Source: Camelus ferus (taxonomy: Eukaryota). From it: a DNA stretch of 64,000 nucleotides. The DNA lies in NCBI RefSeq assembly GCF_009834535.1, contig NC_045707.1, positions 50,966,001 through 51,030,000 on the forward strand. The letters are read 5' to 3'. The notes under the pieces were generated by a model, which made no database searches, had not been told where the DNA came from, and saw only the letters and a list, made by a program, of their open reading frames with translations. The first letter of the stretch is position 1; every line of letters starts with the position of its first letter. The position numbers and the translations under genes are program-made. Of the stretch, positions 12,561-25,424 are shown piece by piece.

Positions 12561-13507
12561 AAATCCTTCACATAAGTTCCAGAGAGAGAGATTGTATTTC
12601 ATTATTCTTACTTACTGTTGTATTATGAATAAAATCTGGATCCACAAAAAGGAATAAAGAGTACTAGAAATAGTAAATACATTGGCAAATATAAAATATT
12701 TTTCTTATGTAGATTTCTTTAAAAGATAAAAAATAAGTTTCTGAGCTGAAAAGAATCTACATATGTGTCCAAGGAACTCATCACATTCCAGGAAAAAATA
12801 TCAATAATAAGAGACAAACATTTAGATATATCCTGGAGTAATTTTTGAGTTGTAATCACAATTAAATATCCTCTTTTTGTGCAGAATACTGCTTCTTTGC
12901 TTCCGCAGTAAGTTTTAATCAGGCTAATTTTTTTCTTATCTCCTTGAAACCCTTATGTAGTCATCTCCCTCTTCACTTGCTTGTGGTACCTTTTAAATGA
13001 TCGTATTTTCTCCTTATGATTTTCCATTCTTGTTTCTAAGAGTCCAAGACTTTTTTGCATTCTATTGAGAATGTCTACTCATTTTTTAAGCCTTAGAATG
13101 AATTATATCTTATTTTCCAAAATATTCTCTTCACATGAGGTTTGAGTTCCCTCTTTTCCCTTGCTCTGCAGTATTTTTATATTGCTCTCTCTTGCTTCTG
13201 TTCCTTTAGTCACCATCAAAAAACCAAAATCTTTTCAAATTTTATATTTGGCAACAGACAAATTGTGCAAATTACCCTTGGTTCAATTCATACATTCTTG
13301 GACCTTGGATAATGGTTAAATCTCTCTTTCAAATCTACAACTAGAGAGAAGGTTGCTATAAACAGTTCTGAGGTTAATTCTCAGTTTCTCACAAGGATAC
13401 GCCTAGTTTGGCTATGTACCACTATGGCTGCTATTTATACTGCAGAAAATTTCCTCTTCTCTTCTTAATGACAAGCTGTACAAATTACTGCAATTCCTAG
13501 GACATAC

Positions 13508-13639
13508 TCTTTCTAGGAAGTTCTGATTGCCTCCAATTCTTGGTATTGGTTTATTTGTGGAAACAACTTTTAGTCTGTTAGACAATAATGCTTTGTTACT
13601 AGACCTCCATTGTCCAGCTGACTTTCTGGGATTTTCTAT
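13508..13639 (-). CDS. Candidate exon, 132 nt, phase 0->0, open: IENPRKSAGQWRSSNKALLSNRLKVVSTNKPIPRIGGNQNFLER
   Basis: Very long pyrimidine tract before tcaaag|; donor AGA|gtatgt; 44 open codons. Confidence 0.65.
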
Positions 13640-14438
13640 CTTTGATTAGATAAACAAAGAATAGAAGTCAAGAGGCAAAAAAAAAAAAAAAAAAAAAAGA
13701 AGGGTAACCACATTATTTCAGTTGTCCCAAAATGGAATAAATGCATGCTAGAAGGAAAGTAACTTAATATTCTTCTTGCTATAATGTCAAGTATCCAATC
13801 ATTGAAACTACAGTGGGACAGGAGCAAAGTATCATCTCTACAAAATGAAATCTGGATGACCTAATGAGGTGACCTTAAGTAACTTTTTTCCCTAATCGTA
13901 TCAATTCTCACATACTTAAAAAAGACTTCCTAAAATCTGACATGAGATGGTCTATGGACCTCAGTGTTGTGCTGTTTTTGTAACATTTTCTCTCATTGTC
14001 TTCCTAGATATTTTAGTGGGAAGTAAGGGAGAAGGCATTGGGAACTACCAGCCAAATGCTATTTGAATGAAAAGTCCAGATGGGGACATTTTTTGCTTCA
14101 TTCATTAACTTTTTTATTCTCATTTAAAAATATTAAGAATCAGTTCCATTACTGGTTAGCTAGACATTTATTCAATTGTTCTCTTTGTAAGCATCTTCTG
14201 TAACTTTCTGGTTGTGAAGTTCCCAAATTGCTCTGGTATCACTGTTGTGCTACTACCAAAAGTCAAGGAGAAAAATATAGCAGAAGTTTGGCCTCATCTG
14301 ATGGGCTTACTTATACATAATTTTCCACTTGAATGAAGAATTGTTTATTTTTTCAAAAATTGGAAAATAATGCATTTTGAACACCTACTCTGACCAATAC
14401 CACATTAAATACCTTGATAAATCTTTTCCTATTTTAAC

Positions 14439-14548
14439 CTTTGAAAAAAGAGGACATCCAACTACCGGTAATAAAGATGAGACAAAATGAGCCTCAGCGA
14501 AGTCAAGGGAGCTGTTCAATGCACTGCAATTTTTAGCCCAGCTCAGAT
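14439..14548 (-). CDS. Candidate exon, 110 nt, phase 1->0, open: LSWAKNCSALNSSLDFAEAHFVSSLLPVVGCPLFSK
   Basis: Weak acceptor cacatag| (same-phase alternative at 14572); donor AAG|gttaaa; lies inside ORF 14385..14597. Confidence 0.5.
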
Positions 14549-14660
14549 CTATGTGACCAGTGAGTCCCTGGCCTTTCCAGCACACCATGATGAACATTTA
14601 ACATATGAAAGTAATTAATACATTCACATTTTATGTACTGTCTTTAAGCAAATTCTTAAC

Positions 14661-14712
14661 CAGAAACAAACAATAAATGAATTGTACTGATGACAATATT
14701 TTCAGCCTTTTC
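14661..14712 (-). CDS. Candidate exon, 52 nt (25 nt if donor at 14688), phase 0->1, open: EKAENIVISTIHLLFVS
   Basis: Strong acceptor cctaac-tttgtcttccag|G; donor CTG|gttaag; both possible donors give phase 1. Confidence 0.55.
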
Positions 14713-15537
14713 CTGGAAGACAAAGTTAGGCAAAGCAAATAGTTACAATATTTTTGAAAATCTTTCTAACTTCTCATAATACACCATGAACTGCTTAAAA
14801 AATTAAAAGATTTGAATCATCCTTCCTTCCTTGTTATGCAATAATTTACTCTTTGAAAATTTACTTGTTTGGATAGCTGGAATCCATAATTTTGGGAAAA
14901 CAGAAGCTTCCAGAGAGAAAGACTTTGAAGGCAAATAAGTCTGGAAGCCTACCCCTACCCTATCATCTGGGAATGCTAGGAATCCTACCCCTTTGTTATA
15001 CAAGGCATAAAATAGTCACCTCCAGCTTCCAGCAGGGTGCTTCACCACTGTGCTCTGCTGACTATAGAGCCTGCTAGGAAGGAAACAGGGTCAGGTGTTC
15101 TGGAGAGGAATTGATATGAGTATGTATGTAGTAAGTATGAGGCAAAACATGGATTAAAGCTGTAATCCTAATGGTGGAGAGAAGATAACAGTGAGAAATA
15201 GTCTCCAAAGAAACTCAAGCAAATACAGGATATTTATGGACCAGATAGAGAGAACTTAGGGAAGATAAAGTGAGCTGCAGAGCTGAATCGATGGCAGGAA
15301 TTCTGCTTGAAAATGAGACACATGAGAGCAAGGATGGGGTCCAGCTCTGGGTAAATAAGTACAGGCCAAGTGTAAACGACATAGACTCAAGGCAGCTGGT
15401 GAGTCAGAGTCACGTCTGCCCACCACAAGTGCTCAGGGCTGGAAAAGCAAAGGAATCCTGGATAGTGAGATGGCCTGGCACAAGGGAACACCCTTGTGTC
15501 ACCCCCTGGCGTCCACCATCATCACCATTATACTCAC

Positions 15538-15658
15538 ATACACACAGGCAAGTGTATTTTGCAGGAGTGCACTTATCTTTTCACAATTTGAAAAGATGGA
15601 ACAAACAGGACAGGTAGCTTGATGATTTTGCCAATTCAGATCTTGTTCAGGAACTGCT
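15538..15658 (-). CDS. Candidate exon, 121 nt, phase 2->0, open: AVPEQDLNWQNHQATCPVCSIFSNCEKISALLQNTLACVY
   Basis: Acceptor tggttttcttatag|; donor TAT|gtgagt; 40 open codons; phase matches both neighbours. Confidence 0.68.
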
Positions 15659-16206
15659 CTATAAGAAAACCAGATTTCTGATAGCAGTTTTCATGCTGAC
15701 ACTCAGAGAATTATAAATCTCTTATTGGATCTTATTTGAGTATTTCTCCCTGAACAACAGCTGAAAGTGAATATTTGCCTCAGAGGTTTAACAGAGATGC
15801 AATGGTTTATGAGTGAAAAGTTCAATCCATTTTACAGAATTAGTTTTAGAAGAATTAAGAGAGACATATATACACTGATAGACTATTACATGCAGGGTGA
15901 CTATACAATTACACATAGAAAATATGTTATTTAATAGACACCTAAAACTCAGGCATAAATACATATCAAACAACTAACAACTCAGAGCTAGAGAATAGTG
16001 TGCCTCTGTTGTCAATGACCAACTCCTTCCAAGAATGACTGGTAACACTCTACCCACTCCTTCTCTTTTACTTTTCATGTTAATCACAGAAACAATCCAT
16101 CCTGGACTGGTCAATTCCTTTTACTAGAAGTGGTATAAAAAAATCACAACTATTTCCATGTATCTAAGTTAAACATAAGTTTCAAATTTTAGGCATAGGG
16201 ACTGAC

Positions 16207-16372
16207 TTCATCAATGGTGGTTCTCCTGATTTATCTGTGTCTTTATTTCTTTGGTACATCATTGAGCCTTGCAAATACAAGGATTGCACTACACTCTCTT
16301 TCTTCTGAGTCACTTTCTGGACAAAATAACTTCTCAATGATTCCCTGGAAGGTTGCTTAAAGACATTTCTGA
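16207..16372 (-). CDS. Candidate exon, 166 nt, phase 1->2, open: RNVFKQPSRESLRSYFVQKVTQKKESVVQSLYLQGSMMYQRNKDTDKSGEPPLM(K)
   Basis: Acceptor ttaatgttctctttccaccaatag|; donor GAA|gtcagt; only one frame open; core of ORF 16182..16448. Confidence 0.68.
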
Positions 16373-16599
16373 CTATTGGTGGAAAGAGAACATTAAGGAC
16401 AAGATCATATAGTAAAGATTTTCCTTTCTTCCTCCTTAAAACATTCATTCTATGATTACTTAACTTGATTAAAAGTTGAATATATGCTTGATAGTAAAAG
16501 TTATCTGAATCAACTTTGGTATGATTTTACTGTTTAATAGTTTCATGCACTCTGAATTCACTGTAGGAATGAGGTGATATGGAAATGTATCAACATTTC

Positions 16600-17250
16600 C
16601 CGCAGGAGTTATTTGATAAAAGGTATCAAATTTTTAATTGTACATGCCCTGCCATTTCAACTTCCATGAATCTGTCCTTAGATATATTATGTACAAATCC
16701 TTAAAGGTATACATACAAGTACATTAACTGCAGCACAGCTGGTATATTGAAAGCCATTTAAAAGCCCACAAATAGATATTTAGTATATTAGTTAAGCGTC
16801 CGGGCAATGGAATACTATGCCATTTTTAAAAGAATGAGGTAGATTCTGTAAGATTCACTATAAAAAAGATATCTAAAATATATTAAAGAAAGCAATGCAT
16901 AGATTATTGTGTGTAATACAATTCATTTGTATTTAGACATATGTCCTTGAGGGGAGGGTATAGCTCGAGTGTTAAGAGTGCATGCTTAGCCCTGGGTTTA
17001 ATCCCCAGGACCTCCCTTAATTAATAAACAAGCAAAGAAACAAACAAAACTAATTACCTCCCCCTGTCAAAAAAGCCCAACAAACAAAAAACATATGTCT
17101 TTGAAAATTCTTGTATACACATAAAACATTTCTAGAAGGTTATGAAAGATACAGTTTACAGTGCTTATCTCTGGAGAGTATGACAGGGTAGGAGGAGGGA
17201 AGAATGCTGTTCACGTATAAAGTCTGCATTGGTTGACATTGCTAATCATA
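16600..17250 (+). mobile_element. L1ME-type 3' end interrupted by a SINE
   Basis: caatggaatactatgc...aagaatgaggtagat...cagtgcttatctctggagag. Confidence 0.65.
16951..17090 (+). mobile_element. Vic-1-type SINE with a small internal deletion and 14-bp TSD
   Basis: ggggagggtatagctc head; TSD acatatgtc(c/t)ttga at 16937-16950 and 17091-17104. Confidence 0.9.
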
Positions 17251-17299
17251 TGTTATTTTTAGAATAGGAAGTTTAGTATCTATTTTCCATCCTATTGAC

Positions 17300-17340
17300 C
17301 AAAGAGTTTCACAAAAGTAAGCACTTCTAATACGAGGCCC
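17300..17340 (-). CDS. Candidate exon, 41 nt, phase 2->1, open: GLVLEVLTFVKLF
   Basis: Strong acceptor ctcttttctctttttag|G; weak donor TTG|gtcaat; bridges the phases of the 18512 and 16372 exons. Confidence 0.55.
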
Positions 17341-17551
17341 CTAAAAAGAGAAAAGAGGTCTTTTTAGTGGATATAGGAAGGAAATTTCTTAAGTTTCCTA
17401 AGAAGGAAATACCGGCACCAGTTTCCCATGCCACTAGTCTCCCAATTTGATTCTATGCAGGTTCCTCTAAAATTGTAGGCAACTCCAAGAGGATGACTGG
17501 TAATTGAAAATAGAGATCATGTAAATGATGCCTTTTGATCTTGACTTACGT

Positions 17552-17986
17552 TTTAAATTTCCTAAGGCTGCGTTAACAAGTTATGATAAGCTGGATGGCT
17601 TAAAACAACAGAAAGTTATTCTCTCACTGTTCTGGACATTAGAAGCCCAAAATTAAAGTGCTGGCCTGGCCATGCTCTCTCTGAAGGCTCCAGGGGAGGA
17701 GCCTTCCTAACTTCTGATAATTGTGGGCAAACCTTGGTGCTCCTTGGCTTGCAGCTCACTCCAGTCTCTGCCTCAATCTTTACATGGCTTTTTCCCCTGT
17801 GTCTGTCACTCTGTCCTTCTTATAATGGTCAGGTAGGATTAGGGCCCACCCTAATCCAGTATGACTTCATCTTAACTTGATTACATCTATAAAACTCTAA
17901 TGTCCAAATAAATTCACATTCACAGGTACTAGGGGTTAGCGCTTCACCACACACAATCATGGTGGGACATAATTTAACCCTCAACA
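17552..17986 (-). mobile_element. MLT1B/C-type MaLR solo LTR
   Basis: ggcttaaaacaacagaaagttattctctcac...attagggcccaccctaatccagtatgac. Confidence 0.85.
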
Positions 17987-18467
17987 ATGTGATTTTTTTT
18001 TTGGATCTTCTATTTAAAATTGCTTATGAGATGAACCCTATAGAATTGTTTAGGGATCCATGTAGCAGCTGAATTAGCAGTGGTCCCAGAGAAATCTCAG
18101 CTTCTAATGGGGCTCAATGCTCTTCTCCATCATCCTCGAGAACATTTCTCTCATAATGTACTCATATCAAAAGTTTTAACACTTCCTAAAACCCAATCTG
18201 AAAAGGCAAATACGTCAACACCCTTGGTTCAACTACATCATATAATTTAGGATGATATTACCCAGGAATTACAGCATTTTTATGGCTAAAACTTGCTATA
18301 TGGAACAACTGATCTCTGATGTAGTGTGTATTTAAATACATTCATTATCTGAAACTAAGCACAAGGAGTAGAACTCCTCTCTATTAACAAGGGGAAATTG
18401 GCCATAACACCATACTTCAGAATTTCATGAAAAATATAAACCAATATTGATGTTCGTTTTTACTTAC

Positions 18468-18512
18468 TTCTTCAAGAAGGGATGATCACAACGAGCCAAT
18501 TACAGTAGTCTC
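18468..18512 (-). pseudogene. Candidate exon, 45 nt, phase 2->2, one TAA: RLL*LARCDHPFLK(K)
   Basis: Donor GAA|gtaagt; acceptor ttctgtgggtgtgtag|; stop at 18500-18502; all three frames contain a stop. Confidence 0.5.
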
Positions 18513-18891
18513 CTACACACCCACAGAAGTAAGCCTTGTGTGAGTTTGTAGAGTTAAAAATCCTTCTGTTCTTTGACTGTTGAGAAATCTCTTTGGCTGC
18601 TTAATCCTACGAATATCCCAGGCTTCCAGCAATATGAAAGCCAGCCAACTGTAGCATCTCTTCTGCTGCAAACTCATGATAATGCTGGATAATATATATT
18701 TTTAAAGTTTTAAACACATAGCTGAGCTCACAAGGAAAAAAAAAAAAAACTCATTTAAATCCCAGGTGTTAGAAATCAAGAAAAAATTTAAGCCAGCGTG
18801 ATAAGCACCTGAGTAGCCAAAAGAACTCTTTGACCATACAGAGGCATTAGCAGATGGGGTTAATGGTTTGTTGTTATTGTTTTATATTCTA

Positions 18892-18950
18892 TTTTTTTTT
18901 ATTTTTTAACATTTTTTATTGATTTATAATCATTTTACAAGTGTTGTGTC
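18892..18950 (-). mobile_element. Extremely 5'-truncated camelid-type L1 tail
   Basis: ttttttaacattttttattgatttataatcattttacaagtgttgtgtc flanked by tatt(c/t)tatttt duplication. Confidence 0.7.
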
Positions 18951-18954
18951 TATT

Positions 18955-20335
18955 TTATTTTTAAGTAGATGATGTATCCACATGATTCAAAAATTAAAAC
19001 TATATAATAAGTTTTATTCTCACTCCATCCCCATCTGTTATGTCCCCTTCTTCCTGTAAGTAATGTATTTTACTAATTAATTATAATCCTTCCAGTGTTT
19101 CCCAGGCAATAGTAAGCACATATTAATGTACATTTCTTCTCCTTTACACACAAAAGGGAGCCTACCTTTTTATGCAACCTTATGAAACATTGTTTTTTCA
19201 GTTAACACTATATCTTGGAGATGTTTCCACATCAGTACATGGAGAGTTCTTTGGGCTTTTAAAACACTGCACAGTAACTATTTACAATAGCCAACACATG
19301 GAAGGCAACCTAAATGTCCAACAACATATGACTGGATAAAGAAGATGTGGTATATATGTGTGTATGTATACATACACACACACACAATGGAATACTTCTT
19401 AACCATAAAAAGCAATGAAATAATGCCATTTGTAGCAACATGGATGGACACAGAGATTATCATATTAAGTGAAGTAAGTTAGACAGAGAAAGAAAAATAT
19501 ACTGAATCACTTATGTGGAATCTTAAAAAATGATACAAGTGAACTCACTTACAAAACAGAAACAGACTCACAGATATAGAAAATAAATTAATAGTTACCA
19601 AAGAGGAAAGAGGGGGAGGGGTAAATTAGGAGTTTGGGATTAATAGATACACACTACTATACATAGAATAAACAACAAGGACCTACAGTATAGCACAAGG
19701 AACTATATTCAGTAGCTTGGAATAATGTATAATGGAAAAGAATCTAAACAAGAATATATACATATGTAAATTTATATATATATGAATCACTTTGATGTAC
19801 ACCAGAAACTAACACAACATTGTAAATTAACTATACATCAGTAAAACAAAACAAAACAACACAACACAATCATTTATTGATCAACACAGGTTGTTGCAGT
19901 GTATAAACTTGAAATTACATCACTATGAATGAACATTTGTAAATTTATCTATAGGATTAAGTGAGATCCATGGATCACAGAGTAACTTCATTTTTATTTT
20001 GAGTTTTAATTTTTATTTTGCTATTGCCAGATTGACCTCCATAGAGAATGTACCATTTGGACAGTCAGCCTGGCTTTCTAATGAATGTCTCTTCCTCACA
20101 GACACACAAAGCACATGTCAAATCTTTGGATTTTTTTCCAATCTTATAGGTGTGAAATGGCACCTCACATCTCATATTGGCATTTATTTTGTTATGTATG
20201 TTGATGAGCATCTTTTTATATATTTAAAGATCTTTTATATTTCTTTTTCTCCAAACCATTTATATCCTTTGCCCATTTTTCTATTGGGCGTTTTATGTTT
20301 TTGTTATTGATTTCTTGGAACACTTTATACATGAA
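18955..20335 (-). mobile_element. Old L1ME-type element split by a younger L1
   Basis: atcttggagatgtttccacatcagtacat; gttgatgagcatctttttatatattta...cctttgcccatttttctattgg. Confidence 0.65.
19277..19860 (+). mobile_element. Cetartiodactyl-type L1 3' end
   Basis: atgccatttgtagcaacatggatggac...aacaacaaggacctacagtatagcacaaggaac...tail. Confidence 0.9.
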
Positions 20336-21039
20336 AAAGCATTATCTACAGGACGGTACTTTCATACTTCACAAAGAACAGAAAACATTACATAAGCTTA
20401 TACTCTGCCAAAAATGACCCTCAAAAAAGAAAAAAAGCATCTAAAAAAGAAATGATTCATGAAAGAATGATTCATGAAAGGTCAGGGAAGAGACAGGAAT
20501 TTCTGGCTATTTCTGACAAGCTTATTTCTGGTTGGACTTTAGGGAAGAATAAAAAGTTCTCTGTGAGAAATTTCTGTGAGTCCATGTTTATAGTCCCTAC
20601 TTAGCATGGAGATTCTCAAAGCTTAGAGATGAACACAAACACTGGTCTAGAGCCAGTGAAACTCTGGAATGCACTGAGGATATGGCCCACAATCCACAAT
20701 TTGCTGATCTATCAGCTTCCTGATGTATAGTCTTTCTGTCAGAATTCCTAGAACTCAGAGATGAGAATGAACTAATGAATGGATAGATTCCCACTATACA
20801 AAATGTAGTTTCAGAGGAGTGGTCCCTGGATATTTGCCAGAAAGAGAGCAGTAGTGCATAAGAAGCGTCAGGTAAGTGAATTCTTCCTTTAAAGGGAAAA
20901 AGAATTATTAAATGAAGAACTTATGACCAGTGAGGTTGAAGTTGTATAGTATGTTTATGTGTGTGCACTTGAGTGTGTGAGGCACAGGGACACAAAATAC
21001 ACAATCTAAATATTATGTCTGTCTGAACACAGTGGGTAA

Positions 21040-21840
21040 AGTCAAGTTAAGAAATCAGCAGTGCAGAAATCACGGCTTGATACTATTAACAGTGAACATT
21101 GAAATCAGTGAAACACAAATACACATGTAAACAGTATTTCATACAGATTTACAAAATTAAGTGCAGAGTTTGAGATCATCTTTAAAAAACATATTTACAA
21201 CCCAATTGTTAAAATAAAAAGAAAAATGGATAGGCAAATGTCCGTCACATCTTCACCTTCATCTTCCATAAGGAGAGTTTAAAAACTGTCTACCTTTGAG
21301 AGTTGCTGGGCCACCAACTTATTTCTCTGTAAACTGATAATTAGGAAAAGATGATAAGCCTTTATCCTGTCTTTTCATGTGAACTGTGTGTTAGGGAAAG
21401 CAAGTAGTCCAAGTAAATGATGGAAATGTTCTTCCATTGAAAAATTCCAGCTAATATAAACAAGCAAACGATAAAATTAGAAGATTACCATTTTCGCAAT
21501 CTTGGCAAGAAGTAAATGACTCAGGCCCGGGTCACCAATGGATAGTCAAAACAAAAGAAATAAAAAGTTAATGGGAAATTTAAAGTGAAGAGATAAGCTC
21601 TGACCGCTTGAACTGAGTGAACGATACCTGATGTGAGGCGGTATGACAGGCATAGAACGACCTTTGAAATATTCTCTCTTAAAAGAAAGAAAGGAAAAAC
21701 CTAAATCTAATCAAGCATTAAATCTAAATTCTCTGGCAATATCGGGATATGAAAGAAAAGTTAGGTAACGCCACCAGGAAACATTCCAGCAACCTAGGAT
21801 GTGGAATATTCTTCAGAGCAACTGAAACGGTTTATCAAGT
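21040..21840 (+). mobile_element. Old L1M 3' region fragment
   Basis: aaaaattccagctaata...cctaaatctaatcaagc motifs, also seen in the 5550-6400 element. Confidence 0.5.
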
Positions 21841-22979
21841 CAGTACATGCTGCTTTCTCACTAGAATATCATAGTTGCTTCTAAAGTGATTTGTCTGCCT
21901 CTAAATTCTTATTCATCTTTACTACCCAGTCATGCAGATAATATCATAAAATTTCTCGGCAAGCTGTAAAAACAGAGTCGCTCAATAACCAATTATTAAG
22001 CAGCGACTTAGCTAAACAGTAGATGTCTAAATAAAGACATAATACATATAATTCCTTTCCTACCCACTTCAGCCTTCATCTCTTCTTGGGAGAGGCAGAG
22101 ATAACATACCTTGTTCCTTTTCCGTCTTTATTTTTCCCCTTTTGCTTTTCATATTTCTCTTCTAGTCATAGCTGGCCAAAATGTCCTAAATTTCTGTAAA
22201 AGTTTTATTGTAATATTTATTATTTTAACTATTCCAAATATGTTTTAATTAATAGATCAAAGCAAAAAGAACATCACAGTGAATGTTTTCATATCTAATT
22301 TGCAAATCCTCACAAAAAGTATTAAGTAGGTTTAGCTACTATTTTCCCAATTTTATAAAGAAATTCATCAATAGTTAAAGGATGTGCTCAGGAACACACA
22401 CAAAGTAGAGGAGGAAATATTAAACTTTGTATTTTCATACTAAATTCCCTTTGCCATTATAGTTATGTTTTTCGTTCATCCAAGCTAATTCACAAAGTTT
22501 ACCAGTAAACATAGGTTAGCAGAGGAACCTGAAGATGGTTCTACCTGAACAGAATGACTTTGTTCACAACATTTTATCATAAAAAAGGACAAAATACTTG
22601 CTCCATACAGCTTCCTAACATTTGGAAAATTTTAGTGATAATAAGTTTAGCAATTTATTTTCAGTCTTGTGCAAGTCATGGTACCCACATGCTGGAAAAA
22701 AAAAAAATCATGAGACAGATAATTGTAGAGAAGAAGAATCATTTACAGTGCTAGAATTCTGATTTTTAAGATTTTTTTCAAATTCAATAGGATATGTTTT
22801 ATATAATTTCAGGTGTTATGACTTTATTATAAATGTAAGTCTTCTCTGAAAGTAAATATTTTATCCAGTTCTATTTAAAGTCCTAAGAAGCTAATTGTTT
22901 CTAATAAAAATATTTGCTAGATTGAAGGGTTATGCTTTATGCATTCAGAAAGTTTACAAGTTGCAAAAATTCAAATATT

Positions 22980-24720
22980 TCAACTCATCACCAGCAAATT
23001 CTGTCAACACTTTAGGAACTATTTAAAATATTTCAGCTCAAAGAGTAAGAAAGAAAAACTCTAAAGTCTACTTAACAGTGAATACAAAAAGATAAACTAT
23101 AGTTCAAATACAATATTATTCCAAAACTTTAAATATTAGAAAATAGAACTCACCTGCCTACTATAGGAATAATACAGTATAATAAAGAGAAGTTAATTTC
23201 AGGAATGAAAAAATAATTAATATTAGGATATCTATTAATATCATTTCCTTAATAATAGATTAAAAGAAAAGCTTTAATCATCTTCACGAAGGTCAAAAAT
23301 GCATTTGATTTATCAGCCACCCATTACAATTTTTTAAATACCTTATTATGTTATATCTAGCAGGATATATCCTTGACTTTATATTTAAATATATCACATA
23401 AAAAAGCCATCACAGCACTAAAATTCTAAAAAATATTGACATGAAATGCAGGAAAACATAGAGACCCAGAATTTTTCTTCCTTCCTTAACTGGTTATGGG
23501 GAAACCTGGAGGGGTGGCCTGAGGGAGATACAATTGCTTCAATATAGGGGATATGAAGGTCTTGGCTCCTTGATTGCCCAGGTCCAACCCCAAATGGACT
23601 ATTTCCACAGTTTAATGGATTGCTGCTATATCTGCCCAACCTTATGACTTGGTGGGTCAGAGAATAAGGAATTGCATCATGACGTTATCCCACGGTACCC
23701 AGTAGCATGCCAAGAGCTATTTTTGAATGTTGAATAGGTTCTTCTTTCTATGCTACAAAAGGTATGGCCCTGCTCTAGAACCATCGAAGATCTGGTCTGC
23801 AACTCTCCTGTCAGGATGTGCCAGAAATTCCTTATCTACCATATTATTACTTTCCACAGCATGGAATTTGCATATTGGAATCTAGAGAAAAGTTTCAGAA
23901 AGAAAAGTAAGTTATTAAAATTGATCCAACTAAAAATAAGAAATATTAATAGATCAACAATCATTACAGAAATGGAAGCAGTAGTCAAATTCATCTCCAA
24001 AATATGTGAATTTTACTATATTAAACACACTTGGAACTTTATGTAGATTGAGTGAGGTCATAACCTAAGTCTTAACAAATTCCAAAGTAAAGGCATTCTG
24101 TACTCCACATTCCCTCTCCACAATTAACTTTAAAATATACATTAAAAATACATGTTTGAACATTGAAAAATACACCTCCAATTTTTCATGGTAAAAGAAG
24201 AAATCAACAGGTAAATCAGAAAGATTTTGAACTGAATGATAAAAATATTCCATATTTAAAACTATGGAATGCAGGGAAAATGGTACTTTGAGAAGAATTT
24301 GTAGCTATAGATGTTTCTATTAGAAAATAAGAAAGCCTGAAATGAGCTAAGTGCGCAATTTAATGAGTTTGGAAAAAGAACACAAAAAATCCAAGGAAAG
24401 AAGAAGGAAGATGCCAGGTAAAGGATAGAAACCAATGAAACTGAAAATAATTCAGAGGATCAAGAATCCAACCAAGTTGACAAGTCTCTGATGAGATTAA
24501 TTAAGAGAAAATCTAGAAGATGCAAGTAAATATATAAATCAAACCCACCAATTAATGCAAAGTTAAAAATAAGATTATTTTATCAGCGACTCTGAAACAA
24601 TCAATTCGAGAACTTGGATGAAAGGACAATTTCCTGTAGCAATATACCTCAGGAAAAAATGGAATCATAAAGAGAGAGCCTAAAACAATAGGTTGAAGAG
24701 TTGGATAATAAAAGTACCCC
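22980..24720 (+). mobile_element. Old L1 ORF2 fragments (about 22980-23410 and 23880-24720)
   Basis: aaaaatgcatttgat; tttaaaactatggaatgcagggaaaatggtactttgagaagaatttgtagc. Confidence 0.6.
23480..23870 (-). mobile_element. ERV-L/MaLR internal pol fragment
   Basis: Minus-strand translation LLACYW ... DPPSHKVGQI*QQSIKLWK, matching ERV-L pol motifs LLACYWAL and DPPSHKVG. Confidence 0.75.
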
Positions 24721-24792
24721 ATATTTAAACTTGTGGAATTCAAGGAAAAATGGTGTTTTACATGATGGGGAAATAAGGCAGTTGCCTTATAC

Positions 24793-24920
24793 TTGGCCTT
24801 TTCTGGATCCACCCCATCTACTGTCCTAGGTAATCTCAGCACAGCCAAGTGGGGAGTGTTGGTCCTTTTAAATGAAGACAGGAATGGTACTATTTCCGTC
24901 TATTTTCTGTTGAAATTCTT
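24793..24920 (-). pseudogene. Candidate exon, 128 nt, phase 0->2, one TAG: KNFNRK*TEIVPFLSSFKRTNTPHLAVLRLPRTVDGVDPEKA(K)
   Basis: Acceptor gcattttaactttttag|; donor CAA|gtataa; stop at 24900-24902. Confidence 0.55.
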
Positions 24921-25378
24921 CTAAAAAGTTAAAATGCATTTTGGAGGATAACTTCCTAAAACCTGATGGTTTAAATAAAATAAGATTAACAACATAAGCA
25001 AGATATAAATAATTTATCACATTTTCTTTCCTTAACTGCACTATGTGCAGCAAGAGTCCTTCTAGCTAAATCTCAGTCTATCTAACTACATGGCTGAGGT
25101 CAAACCCTTGAGTTAAAATGGAGATTCAGTGGTAACCCCAGATATTTGAAGCAGGTTATTTATAGTATGATAAGGAATTATTTTTATCACAATGTCTCTG
25201 TATCATTCTTATTAAAGAAGTCTATGATTTAACTATTAAAGCAGATGCTCTTGGCTAAATAAAGATAAAGGAAGGAGAAAGGTAAATTAAGTTGATTTCT
25301 GCTTGGCTGGGTAGGGAACTTAGGATGTTAGAAGTGTGAGAAGGAGAAAGATTGAATTTTAATGGATTTAAAGATTAC

Positions 25379-25424
25379 ATTCACACAAGGCAGATGGTGA
25401 ATTGAGGTAATCAACCAAATAATT
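25379..25424 (-). CDS. Candidate exon, 46 nt (40 nt if donor at 25385), phase 2->0, open: IIWLITSIHHLPC(VN)
   Basis: Strong acceptor ttttctgttcttgttgttatttcacag|; donors gtgaat or gtaatc, both phase 0. Confidence 0.55.

Noticed and set aside
23154..23160. Perfect-looking 7-nt minus-strand microexon (cctatag|TAGGCAG|gtgagt)
   Set aside because: Lies inside an L1 ORF2 remnant and would break the 24793-18512 phase chain
25385..25424. VDYLNSP here resembles VDYLSNSP in the 53478 exon (internal duplication?)
   Set aside because: Match is very short and in a different frame from the phase-consistent one
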